Assembly: GCA_965203295.1 (NCBI GenBank)
Contig: CBDBCZ010000013.1
Location: 640,001 to 704,000 of the forward strand
From: Nitrospirales bacterium
Lineage (GTDB): Bacteria; Nitrospirota; Nitrospiria; Nitrospirales; UBA8639
Direction of reading: 5' to 3'
Length of the DNA stretch: 64,000 nucleotides
This document shows positions 61,855 through 64,000 of this stretch, one piece after another. The position numbers were made by a program, and so were the translations under genes. The notes beneath the pieces were generated by a model. The model made no database searches, was not told where the DNA came from, and saw only the letters and a program-made list of their open reading frames with translations. Position 1 is the stretch's first letter, and every line of letters starts with the position of its first letter.

Positions 61855-64000
61855 GGAAGTTACTAGACTACTGCATGGGTATTAGCTATACCTTCCAATG
61901 AGGCAAGTTCGACAATAATTATACTGGGCTGTGTATAGCTATGAGCTTCCTATGAGGGAAGCTAGACTGCATGGGCTGTGTACAGGCATTAACTTATTAA
62001 GTAGACTCTCTGGCTGTGTACAGATGATTCTAGCTACAACCGGCAGTCTCCGTTTGCCTGTGTCTCAGACGTTGGCATTACAGTCACATGTTAAATGCTA
62101 TTATCTACGAGTATGTAGTATCTGGTATTACTGGTTGAACTTTTTTTTTTAGTGAGCGTGACTTGCCTTGTATGTAGTTTTTTTGTCTGCCTTTATTGAT
62201 TGCCGAGTGCAGCGAGGCCGATAATCGCGTGCTATGGGCTCAACATTCTCAGCTAACGTTTATATATATAAAAGCACTTTGCCAAAAAGAGCAAAAACAA
62301 GTCATGTAGGGATGGACTTTCACCAAAAAACAGTTCCCCAAAAACCAATGAAACAAGCGGCAATGCGCATTGCAATGCGTGCACAGACAACCCACACCAT
62401 TTGGTGGTTTCAACCACTTGCCGCTTTGGTACTTCAGAGATGTTCTTTAGCAGTGCTAACAGCCTGGTTAGTGACGACAACGCTCCAAAATAAGTGGTAC
62501 ATAGGCTTCATATAGTCCTAGACTACACCTACAGCAGAGTACGAAACATGTCATTTTAATGGGTAGGCCAGGGCCATCCCTACATATGGAGTAGTACCGT
62601 ACTCCATGATGTTGAACTGCAACTTATCACCAAGGACAATGATATGTATTGCAGTTTCTAGTGTCACAAAGACATAATAGCTGCCTACCCCCTCCAGTAG
62701 AGTAAGTGAGGGGGTGTCCAGACAGTAGGGGTTGTCTGGACACCAAGGCTTTTCTGCCTGTGCTCGTATTTAACAGCAATTTTTTTTGTTCGGTGGGCCT
62801 TTCTGTCTGCCCTTGTTATGTATTGTGAGCTACTGTTTTCCTTGTGTATGTCCGCACAACTCCACCCTTTGGACACCCCCTTACTTCAGTAGCTAGCTAC
62901 CCTAAAATAATACTATCAGCCACGGTGAGTAAGTGTATCGTAGCTAAATTTTCGGGTGACTTATAAAGTGATGAACCAGGACAGCTCAGGCCCGGACGAA
63001 CAGCTGGCACGATCAAAGGTAGGCGTTAAATAGACGAACACGCGAAAGGGGCGGTTACTAAATTCCGGAACCGAACGGAACAGCACAGTAGTCATTAAAT
63101 GGCGTAAAACGGCAAGCGTCACCTCGAGAGTACTCGTGAATCACTGCTGAACCTGTTCGGTTTCTTTGAAAACGTTATGCTACGAGTACAATACCCCGGT
63201 GAATATCTAGCTTGTTCGCGCTTGAATCATTGTGATAGCTTCAGCCATTATTGTGCTAGCCTGGCTGAAGAAAGAAAGAATTATATAGTCGATTACGCCC
63301 CGCCCCCCGAGTGTAGCGACTTGCCGGTCTGGTACTCCAGCGAAGCTTTCTATACCAACGCTAACAGCCTTGTTGCTGATGGAAACACTCGAGATGTCAT
63401 GGTATGGCTCATAAAAGCCTATGACTATAATCAGAGCCGAGTTCTGAGCGTATGATTTTGTACGCGTTATATGCCGCCATTTTTCCCCGTGCCATCCCTA
63501 CATATGAGTACTACCGTACTCCATGATATTACGGTAGACTCGGGTTATCAGGCGCATGCTCGCTTCTTGTCCCAAAGCTGCAAAAACCTCGCTAAGAGGC
63601 GCACATTCCAATTAAACGCAATATTGGGTGGAGCGACTGCACAAAAAATCGAACGGAGACTGCTAGCCTCTAGCTAAGTGAGAGAATAACTTTCTAGGGA
63701 TCACTTTGCAACCGCCCAGTCATCAGGTTGGTAGCTAGCTAAGTCAAAGGCCTACAAAGGGAGCAAGCACGCATCGATTCTCATTCCAGTTGATCGAGCA
63801 CGCTCTCATCTCCGACCGCTCTCCGCCGATTTTTATTTCCGACCGCTCTTCGCCGAGTTACATCGCATCGCCGACCGCTTTGATAACTGCAATTCCATCT
63901 CGGTAGTTGGTAATCTGCTATCGGTAACAGGATGGCTAGCTACCGTAACTTTGCCGCGATGACGCCATGAAAACTAGGCGTGGTCAACCTTTAACCCCCG

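Noticed and set aside
61892..61949. Candidate upstream RTK exon
   Set aside because: Phase-compatible, but not signal-peptide-like and it lies within an inverted-repeat element arm.

Overview
Eukaryotic, intron-rich animal genomic DNA. The short GT-AG introns, the 'GGPATTVTWTRDG' Ig exons and the MET/AXL-like kinase suggest a demosponge; this is an inference, not a search result. Contents from 5' to 3': (1) poorly resolved minus-strand exon fragments; (2) a complete 16-exon L-rhamnonate-dehydratase-like (RhmD/YfaW-type) enolase-superfamily gene, with microsatellite-filled introns; (3) two tandem 7-exon paralogs encoding signal peptide + Kelch propeller + four-His cytochrome b561; (4) a decayed LINE and several MITEs; (5) an intact, very recent Ty3/Gypsy LTR element (identical 216-bp LTRs, GATT TSD, tRNA-Pro PBS) whose single gag-pol ORF carries two large in-frame tandem-repeat arrays; (6) a cluster of Ig/FN3 type-I receptors (one intact, one frameshifted by a template-switch inversion, plus pseudo-exons); (7) a minus-strand receptor tyrosine kinase with an ectodomain of nine variable LDLa cassette exons in a ~687-bp tandem array, and a hAT-type MITE that inserted on a splice acceptor and regenerates it exactly. 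All exon boundaries were read by eye.
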